DNA of 64,000 bases from Dictyostelium discoideum (GCA_000004695.1 CM000151.3:3296001-3360000); one strand, 5' to 3'. Shown: positions 11,762-26,226, counted from the first letter of the stretch. Notes: generated by a model not told the origin, from the sequence alone. Numbers and translations: made by a program.

Positions 11762-13767
11762 ATGTATAAATTTAACTATGAAAATGAAATTGATTTAGCA
11801 AATAACAGACCAATAGAATTTTGGGATGAAGTTGCAAAGGATTTAGTTTATTGGTAAGTTTTTATTTCTTTTTTTTATTTTTTCAATTGTCATTGCAAAA
11901 AACTAATAATTTAAAATTAAAAAAAAAGGGATAGAATGTATGATAAAGTTTATAGTGGTGATGAAATTTATCCAGATTGGTTTAAAGGTGGTGAATTAAA
12001 TACATGTTATAATGTTTTAGATATTCATATAAAAAATCCAGAAACAAGAGATCAAACTGCATTAATTTATGAATGTCCATTTTTAAACAAAAATATAAAA
12101 TTAACCTATTATCAATTTTATGAAAAAGTATGTGAATTTTCAAGAGTACTTTTAAATTTAAATATATCAAAAAATGATAATGTTTTAATTTATATGTCAA
12201 ATACAATTGAAGCACCAATTGCAATGTTATCATGTGCTCGTATTGGTGCAACTCATTGTGTGTTATTCGATGGTTATTCAGTTAAAAGTTTAATAGATAG
12301 AATTGAAACAATTACACCAAAATTAATAATTACAACAAATTATGGTATTTTTAATGATGAAATTATTACATTTACACCAAATTTAAAAGATGCAATTGAA
12401 TTATCAACTTTTAAACCAAGTAATGTAATTACTTTATTTAGAAATGATATTACAAGCGAATCAGATTTAAAGAAAGTAAATGATATACCAACGATACCAA
12501 ATACATTAAGTTGGTATGATGAAATTAAAAAATTCAAAGAAATTAATCAATTACCATTTTATGAATATGTTCCAGTAGAATCAAGTCATCCATTATATAT
12601 AATATATACAAGTGGCACAACTGGTAGTGCTAAAGCAGTTGTTAGAAGTAATGGTCCATATATGGTAGGTATTAAATATCAAACATTGATACAAAAGGGT
12701 AAAATAAAAGTTGTGTTTTCTCATACAAGTATTGGCTGGGTATCATTTCATAATCTATTATATGGTTTATTTTCAGTTGGATATACATTAGTTATGTCTG
12801 AAGGAGGAGTGACAAAACCAAAACATATGGAAGATGATATTTGGGAAATTATTGAAAGAAATGAAGTAAGTTGTGCATTCACAATGGCTAAAGCAATTAG
12901 ATACTTAATTAAAGTTGATCCTGATTGTAAAAATTTACATTCAAAGTATGATTTATCTAATTTAAAAGAAATGGTACTTGGTGGAGAACCAATTGAAGAA
13001 TCAATTTCAAATTATATTCAGGAGAAATTAAAAGTTCAATCAACTCGTGTATATGGTCAAACTGAAACAGGTGTCGTTTATTTTTAGGTTTTGATAATAA
13101 AAATTTAAAAATTCCAATTAATACATGTGGAGTTTCATTTCCATCTTTAAAAGCAAAGGTTTTTTCAGATGATGGTAAGGAATTACCTTTGTATGAAATT
13201 GGTGAGCTTGTATTTAAATTACCTTTACCACCAGGTTTTACAACTACATTTTATAAAAATGATGAAAAGTTTAAACAATTATTTACAAAATTTCCAGGTT
13301 ACTATTACCCTGGTGATTTAGGATTTAAAGATGAAAATAATTGTTATGGTGTTGTTTCAAGATCAGATGATCAAATTAAAATCAGTGGTAATAAAGTTCA
13401 ATTAAATAAAATTGAAACATCAATTTTAAAACATCCATTAGTTTTAGAATGTTGTTCAATAGGTATTAATAATCCAGATTGTTATAATGTACCAATTGGT
13501 ATATTAGTTTTAAAACAACAAGAAGAAAATCAATCAATTCGACAAATTGATTTAAATAAATTACAATCTGAAATTAATACAATAATATCAAAGGATATAG
13601 AAAATTTTGCAATTTTAAGAAAAATTTTAATAGTTCCACAATTACCAAAAACTAAAGTTGGTAAAACTCAAAGACAAATCATTTCTAAATATTTAAATGA
13701 TACAAATTTTCAATTACCAGATAATGTTTGTGATGTTGAAATCTTTTATAAAATTAAAGATTTATAA
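11762..13767 (+). pseudogene. PrpE/ACSS3-like acyl-CoA synthetase paralog A2. It is disabled by an in-frame TAG and a 1-nt deletion just after the YGQTETG motif. Exon 1 is 11762-11853 and exon 2 is 11929-13767.
   Basis: A1 reads ...GACYFYCYDYKNLKIP while A2 reads ...GVVYF* (tat ttt tag gtt ttg ata ata), and the A2 segment is 1 nt shorter. The ORF then resumes in another frame at 13189 and runs to the normal C-terminus. Confidence 0.7.
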
Positions 13768-13775
13768 TAATGTTA

Positions 13776-13875
<100 letters not shown>

Positions 13876-14728
13876 GAGTATCTTTTGAAAGTTTGTTTTT
13901 ACTAAAAAATTTAAAAATTTTCAAATTTAATATTAAATAAAATTACCAAAAATTAAAAAAGTAAAATATTAACCTCTAATATGGAAAAATTATTAAAAAC
14001 ATTTTTTTTTAATTAGGATTAGAATAGTGTTAAATTAAAAAATTAAAAAAATAAGAAATAAGTTAATATAAAATTCAACCCAATGTATATATAAATTACC
14101 CATTGTGGTTTTTACCCCCTCCCCCATGTGTTTTTTTATATTTTAATTTTTAATTAAAAGAATTATTATTAATTTTTTAAAAATTAAAAAAAAAAAAAAA
14201 AAAGATAATAATATAAAATTCAAGTACTTGAAAAGGTAAAAAAAAAACAAAATAAAAAAAAAAAGATTAAAAATGATTTACCTACATAGAAAGGGGGTAA
14301 TAATTTCACCATTAAGGGACAGACATAAATGAAATCAATTAATATTTAAAAAAAAAACAATATATTTTCATTTTTTCATTTTGATTATTAATAATTAAAA
14401 ATACAATTTACTTTTTTAAAGTACATAAAAATACCTTTTTTAAAAATAATTTCAAAAAAGTAATATCTATAGGCTTAATTAGAATGAAATTAAATAATAT
14501 TTTAATTATTAAAAAGTCTAAAGATATCTCAAAACAATTAAATGACGTCGTAAAATTTTTATTTTTTAAATTTTTTTTTTTATTAAATGTAAATATTATA
14601 TGAAGAGTTATCAATTTTAAATTATAAAAAAAAAAAAAAAAAAAACTTATATTTACATTTTTTATATAATCCAATATTATTGAAAATTTTAATAATAAAA
14701 ATATATTTTTATAAAAACTATTAAAATA

Positions 14729-16764
14729 ATGTATACATTAAGCCAACCATTCAATTATGAAAATGATTATAAATTCTCAATAAACACCGACCCAATTTCA
14801 TTTTGGGATCAAGTAGCCACTAAATATGTTTATTGGTATGCATACAATAAAAAAAAACATAATTAGTTAAATAAATAATTAAATTTTTTATAAATATAAT
14901 TTAAAAATAAAAAAGGGATAAAATGTATGATAAAGTTTATAGTGGTAATGAAATTTATCCAGATTGGTTTAAAGGTGGTGAATTAAATACATGTTATAAT
15001 TTATTAGATAGACAAGTTCAGAATCCATTAAAAAAAGATCAAGTTGCATTAATTTATGAATGTCCATATTTAAAGAAAACTGTAAAATTAACTTATTATC
15101 AATTATATGAAAAAGTATGTGAATTTTCAAGAGTACTTTTGAATTTAAATGTTTCAAAAAATGATAATGTTTTAATTTATATGGCAAATACAGTTGAAGC
15201 ACCAATTGCAATGTTATCATGTGCTCGTATTGGTGCAACTCATTGTGCTTTATTCGATGGTTATTCAGTTAAAAGTTTAATAGATAGAATTGAAACAATT
15301 ACACCAAAATTAATAATTACAACAAATTTGGGAGTTGGACTTGATGAAATTGTTGATATTACTACAAATTTAAAAGAAGCAATTGAATTATCAACTTTTA
15401 AGCCTGACAATGTAATAACACTTTATAGAAATGATATTGTTTATAATAATAATAATTTCCAAACAATAATACCAAATTCATTAAATTGGGAAGAAGAAAT
15501 TAAAAAAATTAAAATTAATAATCAATCACCATTTTATGATTATGTACCAGTAGAATCAAGTCATCCAATCTATTTAATTTATACAAGTGGTACAACTGGT
15601 AATTCTAAACCAGTTGTAAGAAGTAATGGTAGTAATTTGGTTGGACTTTTATATCATTGGAATTGTTTAAGTTCAAAGGTTAATAATGATGAAAATGTAG
15701 TTTTATTTTCTGCAACTAGTGTTGGATGGGTGTCATTCCATATGTTCTTTTATGCATCATTATCAAAAGGAAATACATTTGTAATGTTTGAAGGTGGTTT
15801 CTTAAAACAAAATAATGTTGAAGATGACATTTGGGCAACCATTGAAAAACATAATGTAAACATTTATTTAGCATTACCAATTGTAATGAGATATCTTAAG
15901 AAAATGGATCCCAATGCTGAAAGATTACATTCAAAATATGATATATCACGTTTAAAGCAAGTTTGGATTGGTGCTGAAGTTATTGAAAAATCAATTCAAG
16001 ATTATATTGAAAATAAATTAAATGCTGAATCAATTGGTTTATATGGTCAAACTGAAAGTGGAATGATGTATATTTATGAATATTCAAGTATAAATAAAAC
16101 ATATGATACAGTAGGTATACCATCACCATTTATTAAACCATCAATATTATCTGAAGATGGTAAAGAGTTGGGTGTTAATGAAATTGGTGAATTCTCTCTC
16201 AAATTACCATTACCACCTGGATTTGCGACTACATTTTATAAAAATGATGAACAATATAAAAAATTATTTTCAAAATTTCCAGGTTATTATAATTCTGGTG
16301 ATTTAGGTTATAAAGATGAAAATGGATATTATGGTATTGTTTCAAGAGCTGATGATCAAATTAAAATTAGTGGTAATAAAGTTCAACTAAATACAATTGA
16401 ATCATCAATTTTGAAACATCCAAATGTTATTGAATGTTGTTCAATTGGTATTAATGATTATGATTGTTATAAAGCACCAATTGGTATATTGGTTTTAAAA
16501 AAACAAGATTCAATTTTAGATTTCAATCAATTAAAAAATGAAATTAATAATATTATTAATGATGATATTGAAAGTTATGCTGAACTAAAACAAATTATCA
16601 TTGTAAATCAATTACCAAAAACTAAAAGTGGTAAAATTCAAAGACATATACTTTCTAATTATTTAAATAACAATAATTTTAAATTACCAGATAATATTGA
16701 AAATCTTCAATTATTTTATAACATAAAAGATTCTTTTATTAAAAACTCAAATAAAAATATTTAA
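14729..16764 (+). CDS. PrpE/ACSS3-like acyl-CoA synthetase paralog A3. Exon 1 is 14729-14835 and exon 2 is 14915-16764.
   Basis: Exon 1 reads MYTLSQPFNYENDYKFSINTDPISFWDQVATKYVYW, joined through gtatgc...aaaag to GDKMYDKVYSGNEIYPDWF... It runs to a full-length 613-aa exon 2 with all AMP-binding motifs. Confidence 0.85.
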
Positions 16765-17340
16765 TCCAAAAAAAAATTTTAATCTATAATAAAAATAAAT
16801 AAATATATATATTTTTATAATTCAATTATTTATTTTTTGTTCAATATAAAAGTAATTTTATAAGTAAGAGTTTTTTTTCACATAAAAATATTCCACACAG
16901 ACACAGTGCGTGTTTTTTAATTTAACCCCTTTAATACATTTACTTATTTTTATTTGTATTGAAAATTTTTGTGGTTGGTTGTTTATAACCCGAAACTTTT
17001 TTAATATATTTTATTAAAAGACAAAAAAATAAACAAATAATTAAAATTCCACAATAAACAAGTATTTTTTTTTTTTCATCTTTGATAAAATATATCCATC
17101 TATAATTTCTTTTTATTTTAATTCATTATTTTCTTTAAAAGGATAAATAATGAAAAAGTTTTATTTTAAATTTCCACATTTTATGTTTTCCACTTTTTTT
17201 TTTTCACATAAAATTTATTTTTACTTTTAAATTTTATTTTTTTTAAAAAATAAAATATAATGATTTTTAAATTTTTTTTTTTTTATTAATTAATTACAAA
17301 AACTTGAAAAAACAACGAAAAAACAACGAAAAAAATAAAA

Positions 17341-17700
17341 TGTTTAAATTAAGTGATCCTTTTGATTATGAAAATGATTACAATTTCTCTCAAATTAATC
17401 CAATTTAATTTTGGGACGAAGCTCACTGGTATGCACTTCACAAAAAAAAAAAAAAAAAAAAAAAAAAACAAATTTTAACATATAATAAATAAAAAAAAAA
17501 AAAAAAAGGGATAAAATGTATGATAAAGTTTATAGTGGTGATGAAATTTATCCAGATTGGTTTAAAGGTGGTGAATTAAATACATGTTATAATTTAATAG
17601 ATATTCATATTAAAAATCCATTAAAAAGAGAATAAGATGTATTAATTTATGAATGTCCATTTTTAAAGAAAACAATTAAAAGAGTTTCAGACCAATTTTT
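17341..17700 (+). pseudogene. Truncated 5' duplicate of a synthetase gene: an exon-1-like segment with an in-frame TAA, a remnant intron, and about 55 codons of exon 2 ending in TAA.
   Basis: It reads MFKLSDPFDYENDYNFSQINPI*FWDEAHW, then gtatgc...ag, then GDKMYDKVYSGDEIYPDWFKGGELNTCYNLIDIHIKNPLKRE*. After ...FLKKTIK similarity is lost. Confidence 0.75.
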
Positions 17701-17882
17701 TTCTTTTTTAAATTTGCTGATTAATTTTTATTAAGATTTTTTGACAAAAAAAAAAAAAAAAATCTTCGATAAAATAAAAAAAAAAAAAAAAAAGATTAAT
17801 AAACTTTTTTTTTTTTTTTTTTTTTTTTTAATTTTATTTTATTAAAATAATTTTGGAAAAAAATGAAATTAAGTGATCCTTT

Positions 17883-19894
17883 TGATTATGAAAATGATCT
17901 AAAATATGCAGAATCCCAACCTGTTTCATTTTGGGATGACATTGCCAAAAAATATATACATTGGTAAGTTTAAAAATTTTGTAAAATAAATTATTAATAA
18001 TTTAAAAAATATAATAAAATTCCAATTATACCAATAAATAATTTAAAAAAAAAGGGATAAAATGTATGATAAAGTTTATAGTGGTGATGAAATGTATCCA
18101 GATTGGTTTAAAGGTGGTGAATTAAATACATGTTATAATGTTTTAGATATTCAAGTTCAAAATCCATTAAAAAGAGATCAAGACGCATTAATTTATGAAT
18201 GTCCATTTTTAAAGAAAACTGTTAAATTAACTTATTATCAATTATATGAAAAAGTATGTGAATTTTCAAGAGTACTTTTAAATTTAAATATTTCAAAAAA
18301 TGATAATATTTTAATATTTATGGCAAATACAGTTGAAGCACCAATTGCAATGTTATCATGTGCTCGTATTGGTGCAACTCATTGTGTACTATTCGATGGC
18401 TATTCAACAAAAAGTTTAATAGATAGAATTGAAGCTGTAAGACCAAAAGTTATTATTACCTCAAATTATGGTATTTTAAATGAGGAAATTATTACATTTA
18501 CACCAAATTTAATTGAAGCAATTGAAATATCAACTTTTAAACCAGATCATGTAATTACACATAATAGAGATTTAATTAGTTCCGATGCACAATTATCAAT
18601 AATTGAAACTATACCTACTGTACCATCTTCTTTGGATTGGGACTTGGAAATCAACAAAATTAAAGAAAACAATCAAACACCATTCTATGAATATGTTACA
18701 GTAGAATCAAGTCATCCACTTTACATTATTTATACAAGTGGTACAACTGGTAATTCAAAAGGAGTTGTTAGAAGTAATGGTCCACATTTAGTTTGTTTTG
18801 GTTATCTTTGGCCATCAATTGTTCAAAAAAATACTACTTTCTTTTCTCATACTAGTATAGGATGGGTATCGTTTCATTCATTTTTGTATGCTTCATTATT
18901 ACATGGATGTTCATTTGTGATGTTTGAAGGTGGAATTGTAAAACCAAAACATATGGAAGATGATATTTGGTCAATTGTTGAAAAGCATAAAGTTAGTGCA
19001 TTTCTAACATTAGCAAAAACAATAAGATATTTAAATAAAGTTGATCCAGATGCAAAACAAATACATTCAAAATATGATATTTCAAGTTTAAAATCAATTT
19101 GGAATGGTGGTGAAGTTATTGAAGATTCAATTCCAGAATATATTGAAAACAAACTAAAATCAAGACCATCTATTGGATATGGTCAAACTGAAACTGGTTA
19201 TTTGTATTTATTCGATTACATAAAATCAAAAAAAAATCCATACAACACAGTTGGTCCACCATCACCATTTGTCTACCCATCAATTTTATCAGAAGATGGT
19301 ATTGAATTACCAGTGAATCAAATTGGTGAAATCGTATTCAAATTACCATTACCACCTGGATTCGCTTCAACATTTTATAAAAATGATGAACAATTTAAAA
19401 AAGTTTTAACAAAATTCCCAGGTTATTATAGTAGTGGTGATTTAGGTTATAAAGATGAAAATGGATATTATGCTATCGTTTCAAGAGCAGATGATCAAAT
19501 TAAAATTGGTGGTAATAAAGTTCAATTAAACACAATTGAAACATCAATTTTAAAACATCCAAATGTTATTGAATGTTGTTCAATTGGTATTTACAATCCA
19601 GATTGTTATAATAAACCAATTGGTTTATTAACTTTAAAACAACAAGATTCAAATGTCGACTTAATTCAATTAAAAAATGAAATTAATAGTATCATCACAC
19701 AAGATATTGATAAATTTGCTCAATTAACACATATAATAATTGTTGAACAATTACCAAAAACTAAAAGTGGTAAAATCCAAAGATTAATCATTTCTAAATT
19801 TTTAAATGATAATAATTTTAAATTACCTGATCATGTATTTGAAAGTCAACAAATATATACAGATATTAAAAATTTATATTTAAATAATTTATAA
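17883..19894 (+). CDS. PrpE/ACSS3-like acyl-CoA synthetase paralog A4. Exon 1 is 17883-17963 and exon 2 is 18055-19894.
   Basis: Exon 1 reads MKLSDPFDYENDLKYAESQPVSFWDDIAKKYIHW, joined through gtaagt...aaaag to GDKMYDKVYSGDEMYPDWF... It is full length, at 610 aa. Confidence 0.85.
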
Positions 19895-20024
19895 TTCTTA
19901 TTTATTTAGATTAAATTAATTAAAATTAAGTACAAATAAATAAATAAATAAATAAATTATAAAAATGACATTCTTTTTTTTTGTTTTGTTTTTTGTTTTT
20001 TATTGTATATATAATTCCTTTTAT

Positions 20025-23000
20025 TTATGTTTTGTTTGTACTAGTTTGACTATTAATACTATTATTATTATTATTATTATTATCTTGTAATTGATGACAT
20101 GAATAAATTTGTGGTGATGGATAAACGAATATCTTTTCATTTTTAGTTTTTGGATAAGAAATATTTGAATTATTTATACCGACTAAAGTTACTTTTGGAA
20201 TTGGTAATGAGCCAGAGGAGATTGGAATTAAACCACAACTAAATTTAAGCTTTTCACCAACTGTATCACTATTAAATGAAAATGTATGTTTACTCTTACC
20301 AGATATCATCCAAATTTGTGAATCAGCAACTATATGATATTGTAATTGTTGTTGTTTTTGTTGTTTTTCATTACCGTTATCATTATTACTTTCTTTTTGT
20401 TGTTGTTGTTGTTGTTTTAAATTTGTAATTTCAATTTCAAAAAGAACTATTGTACCAACATAAGCCCTACTTTGAATTGATAGATCTATTTGATAAAGAT
20501 AAGTTGGAAGCTCGATTTTAATTGGCCAACTAAATTCGTTTTGATCTCTCCATAATGATTTACATTCTCTAATTAATGGTCTATCTAAATCTTGTTGAGG
20601 CATTTTACTTGTATATTTTATCTTTAATTTCAAATCATTTTTACTATGGTTGTTGTTATTGTTGTTGTTGTTATTGTTTCCATTACTATTACTACTATCA
20701 GTTGCTGATGAAGGTGATGTTGATGATGATAAAGATTCATTTTCATACTTTTTAATTTCAAAAATTAATGAAACTAATTGGCCAGGGTATAAATTTAAAT
20801 TTGGTGCTAATGAATGATTATGATCTTTTACTAAATAATATAAATTTGGTTGTTGTGAAGATTTTGAAGAGATTGATGAGATTGATGAACTTGAAGATGA
20901 TAATGATAATTGCTGCTGTTGTTGTAATTGTTGTTGTAATTGTTGTTGTTCAGGTGATTGATATTCTGAATCACAACCTTCTAAAGAATAAGAATTAAAT
21001 TGAATCATATTTGGAGAATTACATTGTATAATAGTTTTTAAGAATAATCTATTATTTACATTAATGACAGATTCATCGATTGTCAATGGATTAATGAATA
21101 AAATTGAAGAGACCAATGATGATGAAAATTTTTCTTTGGTTTGTTTTTGATGTTGTAATTCGATTCTAATTTGATGAGTGCAAGTATCGGTATTTACAGC
21201 CATCAATGGTAAATAGAATTCCAATGTTTGATTATAACCAATTTGAGATAATGGTAACTTATCATTAATTAAATTTATTGTTCTTGAGGAAGTTTCACAA
21301 GTTTTATCGTCACTCTGTATGATGATTACTGATGAAGTTGGTATTATAGTTGCACCAGTTGGTGAAGTGAATGTTAATACACCCGCTTCAATCGTATCGG
21401 AATGAGTATGTAATTTAATTCCAACATATTGAATACTATAAAATAATAATGGACTATTTGCAAATGATTCTAAAGTTATTTGTGATTCACTATCAATAAC
21501 TTTAATTTCACCTGGTAATGTAGTTGTTGTTGTATTTGTACCACCACCACCACCACCAATAGCTGTATCAGCATTACGTAATGAATAACCAAATGAAAGG
21601 TTATCAATTTTTAACCAAATTGAATCTTTAACAAAGGTTGCTTTAGTTGTACCAACTGCTGTGAATTGGAAATTGTTTACACCTGGTTCAACAAGGAAAT
21701 CATTCAATTGAAATACTAATTTATCACCGAAACCACTCTTTACAAAACTAACTGCACCATTATTAAATCTAATTGGTGATATTAAATTACTCTTTATTCT
21801 AACATTGATTTTAATTGTTTCAAAATATCTATAAACTGTTTCTTTAAATGTAACTTTACATTTAAATAATGGTATCATTGGTTGAACAACTTTTTTTTAA
21901 AAAAAAAAAAAAAAAAAAAAATTAATAATAGTTTTTTTATAACAAAATTATTATTAAATAAAACCTACTATTTAATTCAGGTTTTCGAGAAATTTGAATA
22001 ATTTCAGATAAATAATGATCTTTTTCAAATCTATTTGTTAATAAACCAGGAGCTAATAAACCAACACAAGTTGTTACATAATCAACTAAATGACCCAACT
22101 GCTTTTGACAATAGGATAATCTAGTTTTAACGGCATATTCTATATAGGACCAATGTTCTCTAGAGTAAAGATTTGAAATTGATTTGAAAAGATTCTCTGC
22201 AATTTGAAATTCTTTTAATTTGAAATTTAAATTTGCAATTGCAAATGTTAATCTACTAATACTTCTCATTCTATTAGATTGAATATACAATTTCTCAATT
22301 TGACCTAACAATTCGAAATAAAGTTGAGTGAATTGTTTCGATGATTGAAGTGAGACTTGTAATGGCTGATAACTAAATGCTGTCATTGAATCAACTTCAA
22401 TCTTTTTATTCTCTACACTCTTAAATATAACTTCTTCTACATTTTGAAAGAACATTTCACTATTATAATCATCAACTGGTAAATATCCAATAATTATTGC
22501 CAATTCTTCTAACTGGAAAAAAATAAAAATATATTAATATAAAATAATTAAAAAAAAAACCAATAATAATAATAATAACAATGAATTATGAATTAACTAC
22601 TCTTTGAGCTGAACTAAATAATAAATCACCAACTAAAAAATCTAAACTTTCTCTATCTTGTTTTTCAGTTAATCTTTCAGAGAGATCACTTGTTAAATTT
22701 AAAGAAGGTGTACGAATATAATGTTGAGTATTTAAAGCACCTGATAATTGTGCAGATTGTAAATTGTTTAAAGATTGTGAACCTGATAAACCTGCTATAA
22801 TCGTTGATCCACCTGCACTTAATGAAGCTATACCACTATTACTTGGCATTGGTGTATTTTTACCATTTGCTGCTGTAGTTGCTGATGTCGATGATGGTGT
22901 ATTACTACTACTACTACCAAAAGGTCCAAATGCACCAAATAATTTTGAAATGGGTGTAGTTGAACTAATTGATTTCACAACTTTTTGTGCACTACCATTT

Positions 23001-24736
23001 ATAGTTTGTTGCTGTTGTTGTTGTTGTAATTGTTGTTGAAGTTGTAATTGTTGTTGCTGTTGCTGTTGTTGTTGTTGAGCACCATTTACAATCTTATCGA
23101 ATGAATCTTGACATGCTTTAATCAATTCCATACTTGTACTGAATATCCATGATTCTTTAAACATTGGTGCAAATGAATTTGGATATTGTTTAATTATCAT
23201 TGACATTGATGTAATAAATGATATTGATTTCGTTGCTGCTTCAATTGGTTTTTGTAATAAAAATAATAACTATATATACACACACACGCACAATTAGTAA
23301 AAGAATATTAATAATATTATTTATTGATTTTGCTAATTATAACTTACTTTTGATTGTCTTGCAAATAAATAAACTTTAAAATCAAATAAACTAATTTTAT
23401 TTTCATAAATTAACTTTCTATAATTTTTAAAGGAAGTATCTAAAATGTTACCATTACAATGAATACTATTTGGTTGTAAAACTTCATCAGTGATTTGATC
23501 AAATTGTGACCTATTATTTGGATCACCGAAAAGTACTTCCAATTCAAAATATTGCATTAATGCATCCTCATATAATTGAGCACGTTCATAGATTAATGCT
23601 AAACCTTCCTTTATGAAAAAAAAGTTTTGATAACTCCAACCTGGTGTTGTCCTCTTTGCATCCATTTTTCTAATTTCATCTTCATAGGTTGTTAAATATT
23701 GTTCTGCTGATGAAATTATACCCTCTTTCATTTTAATTAGAAAATCATCCCATAAATCATCTTGTTGTTTCGTACTTGTTGACAAACCTGTTCCACTACT
23801 ACCACCACCATTATCATTATCTTTATCTTTATTATTGCCGCTGCTTGTATTATTTGTATCTAAAAATCTTAATTGACAACAACGATCTCGTTTAACATTG
23901 AAATCATTTTTAATTCTATCGAAAACAGTTCTTGTTAATTTTGAAGTTAATTCGCTAAATCTTTTTGGACCTAATGAAACATAAACTATTAACCACTCTT
24001 GTTGACGTTCAGTCATTTGAGTTACCCATTGTTTTATTTTAGCACGTACAACATTCTTATAGGTATCAGGATCATCACAATGTACCAAATACAAATAGAG
24101 GTATGGTTTCTTGTATAGATTTTGATTATCATAATGTGCCTTTACACGTTCATCATTATATTGTAATATTTCAATTGGCATCTTCTCCACTACTTTTGTA
24201 TGTCCTGTTTTAGTTTTCCATGATATATTCTTTAACGGTAAATGATTTGGTAATTCTGCTTCAATATATTTCCAAATTGATGATTCATCTTGATCTAAAA
24301 AAAAAAAAAAAAAAAATTAAAAAATTAAAAATTAAATTAATACTGAAACTATATTGGGGTGGGTTGAGGGGTAATTATATGTATATATCCATAAATTTAT
24401 ATAAATATTATATTTTTTTTAATATAACATACATGAAATTGTAATATGTTCAATTATATCAATATTTGTATTATTTAATGAAGATGATGAAGAAGAATGT
24501 TGAAGTGAAAATTGTGTTGGAGTATTTAAAGTAGATGACGATGATAATGGTTGTGTTGATGGTTTTAAATTATTACTACTACTACTATTACTATTACTAA
24601 TTGATGATGCTGATGATGATGATAGTGTTGGAGATGTTACATTGCCACCACCACCACCGCCTCCACTATCATTAACTGATGCTGTCGATGATGTTGATCC
24701 ATTTAAATTCATAGAATTTGGTGATACATTAGACAT
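20025..24736 (-). CDS. trappc10: TRAPP II complex subunit TRAPPC10 (Trs130 homolog) with 5 exons. Approximate exon spans are 24432-24736, 23350-24300, 22586-23257, 21952-22514 and 20025-21893.
   Basis: Several blocks match human TRAPPC10. WLIVYVSLGP...VFDRIKNDFNVKRDRCCQL corresponds to WLIVIVEND...IVDKIRNDFCNKQSDRCVVL. KRTTPGWSYQNFFFIKEGLALIYERAQLYEDALMQYFELEVLFG corresponds to KRTEPGWSFCEYFMVQEELAFVFEMLQQFEDALVQYDELDALFS. YLFARQSK|LLFLLQKPIEAA corresponds to YLFSRQCTLLLFLQRPWEVAQ, and LSYCQKQLGH corresponds to LAECQKHLGQ. Introns are gtatgt/gtaagt...ag, and there are poly-Q tracts. Confidence 0.85.
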
Positions 24737-24861
24737 TATAACCTTTTTATTTTATTTTTTATGTTTTTTTTTTATATAGTTTTTTTTTTTTTTTTTTTTT
24801 ATAAAATTTTAAAAAATATACATTAGAAAATCTAGAAAAATAATTCTACAATAAATTTTTT

Positions 24862-24893
<32 letters not shown>

Positions 24894-25259
24894 TTTTTTC
24901 TTTTTTTTAAAAAATTAAGTTTACACACATATATAAAATTATTTAAATTTATTAGAGAAAATGAAAATTTAAATTCTTTTTTTTTGTTTTTTTGTGTCAA
25001 TTAAAAAATAAAAAATAAATTAATATTCAAATTTTTAAAAAATTAAAAAAAAAAAAAAATTAAAAAATAAAAAAAAAAAGATTAAAAAAAAAAATTGATA
25101 TTATTTTTTCATTGTTCAGTCCAAAATTGGTTTTGTTTATTTTTTTTATTTTTGGTTTTTTTTTAAAATTTTTTTTTTTTTTTTTTTTTGGTGTATATAA
25201 AACTTTATTTATATAATTTTATTTTTTGTTTTTTTTTTTTTTTTTTTTTTTTAGTTTTA

Positions 25260-25290
<31 letters not shown>

Positions 25291-25421
25291 ATTTTTTATT
25301 TGTATGGGTTTTTGGAAGGAAAAAAATTAAAAAAATTTGAAAATGATATCTTTATTTAATAAATGATCGGGATGATATCTTCTGATTTTATTATATTAAT
25401 AATATTATTATTATTTTGACT

Positions 25422-26184
25422 CTATCTGTGACTTGGATTTCTACTATTACTGCTACTATTATTATTCGTTGGAAAATTATTTTTATTTTGTTGTGATTGT
25501 GGTGGTCTATTTCCGCCTCCGCCCTGTTGAGGTAAAGTATTTCTATTTTGTGGATAATTATTGTTGCCACCATTAACAAAACTACCACCAGGTGGTTGAA
25601 CTTGTGGTGGTTGGCCATAAGGTCCTTTATTAAATGGTTGTTGAGTCGAACTTGATGTTGATGATGATGATGGTGGTGGTGGTGGTGGTTGATTATAATC
25701 TGTTCTTTGTTTTTTAAAATTATTACTATTATTACTACCACTACCATTTTGATAAGGTGGTGGTTGATTATTATTATTATTATGATTGTTGTGATGATTT
25801 ACATTTGCGCCTTGATATTGTGATTGTTGATGTTGATTTTGTGGTTGTTGTTGTTGTTGTTGTTGATTTTGTTGTTGATTTTGATTTTGATTCTGTTGTC
25901 TTAATCTTTTCTTTGTTCTATATTCATGACAAGATGGATATTGAGGTAAATCTTTTGGATTAACTGGCATTGGATCAGTCCAAAAATATTGATGATCTAA
26001 TGCTTCAGATGCCGTAATTCTTTTTTTTGGATCCATACATAATAATTTATCTAGTAAATCAAATGCTTCTTTTGTAAAAAATGATGGATTTTCACTTTGT
26101 TTTTAAATTAATAAATAATTAAAAAAAAAATTTTAAAAAAAAGATAAATTAGTTAGTAATGATTAAAATAAAAAGAAATAATAA

Positions 26185-26226
<42 letters not shown>

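Noticed and set aside
13087-13189. Possibility that the A2 stop and frameshift is bridged by an intron.
   Set aside because: The only GT...AG pair available spans about 15 nt, far below any functional intron size, and collinear A1 sequence is exonic here.
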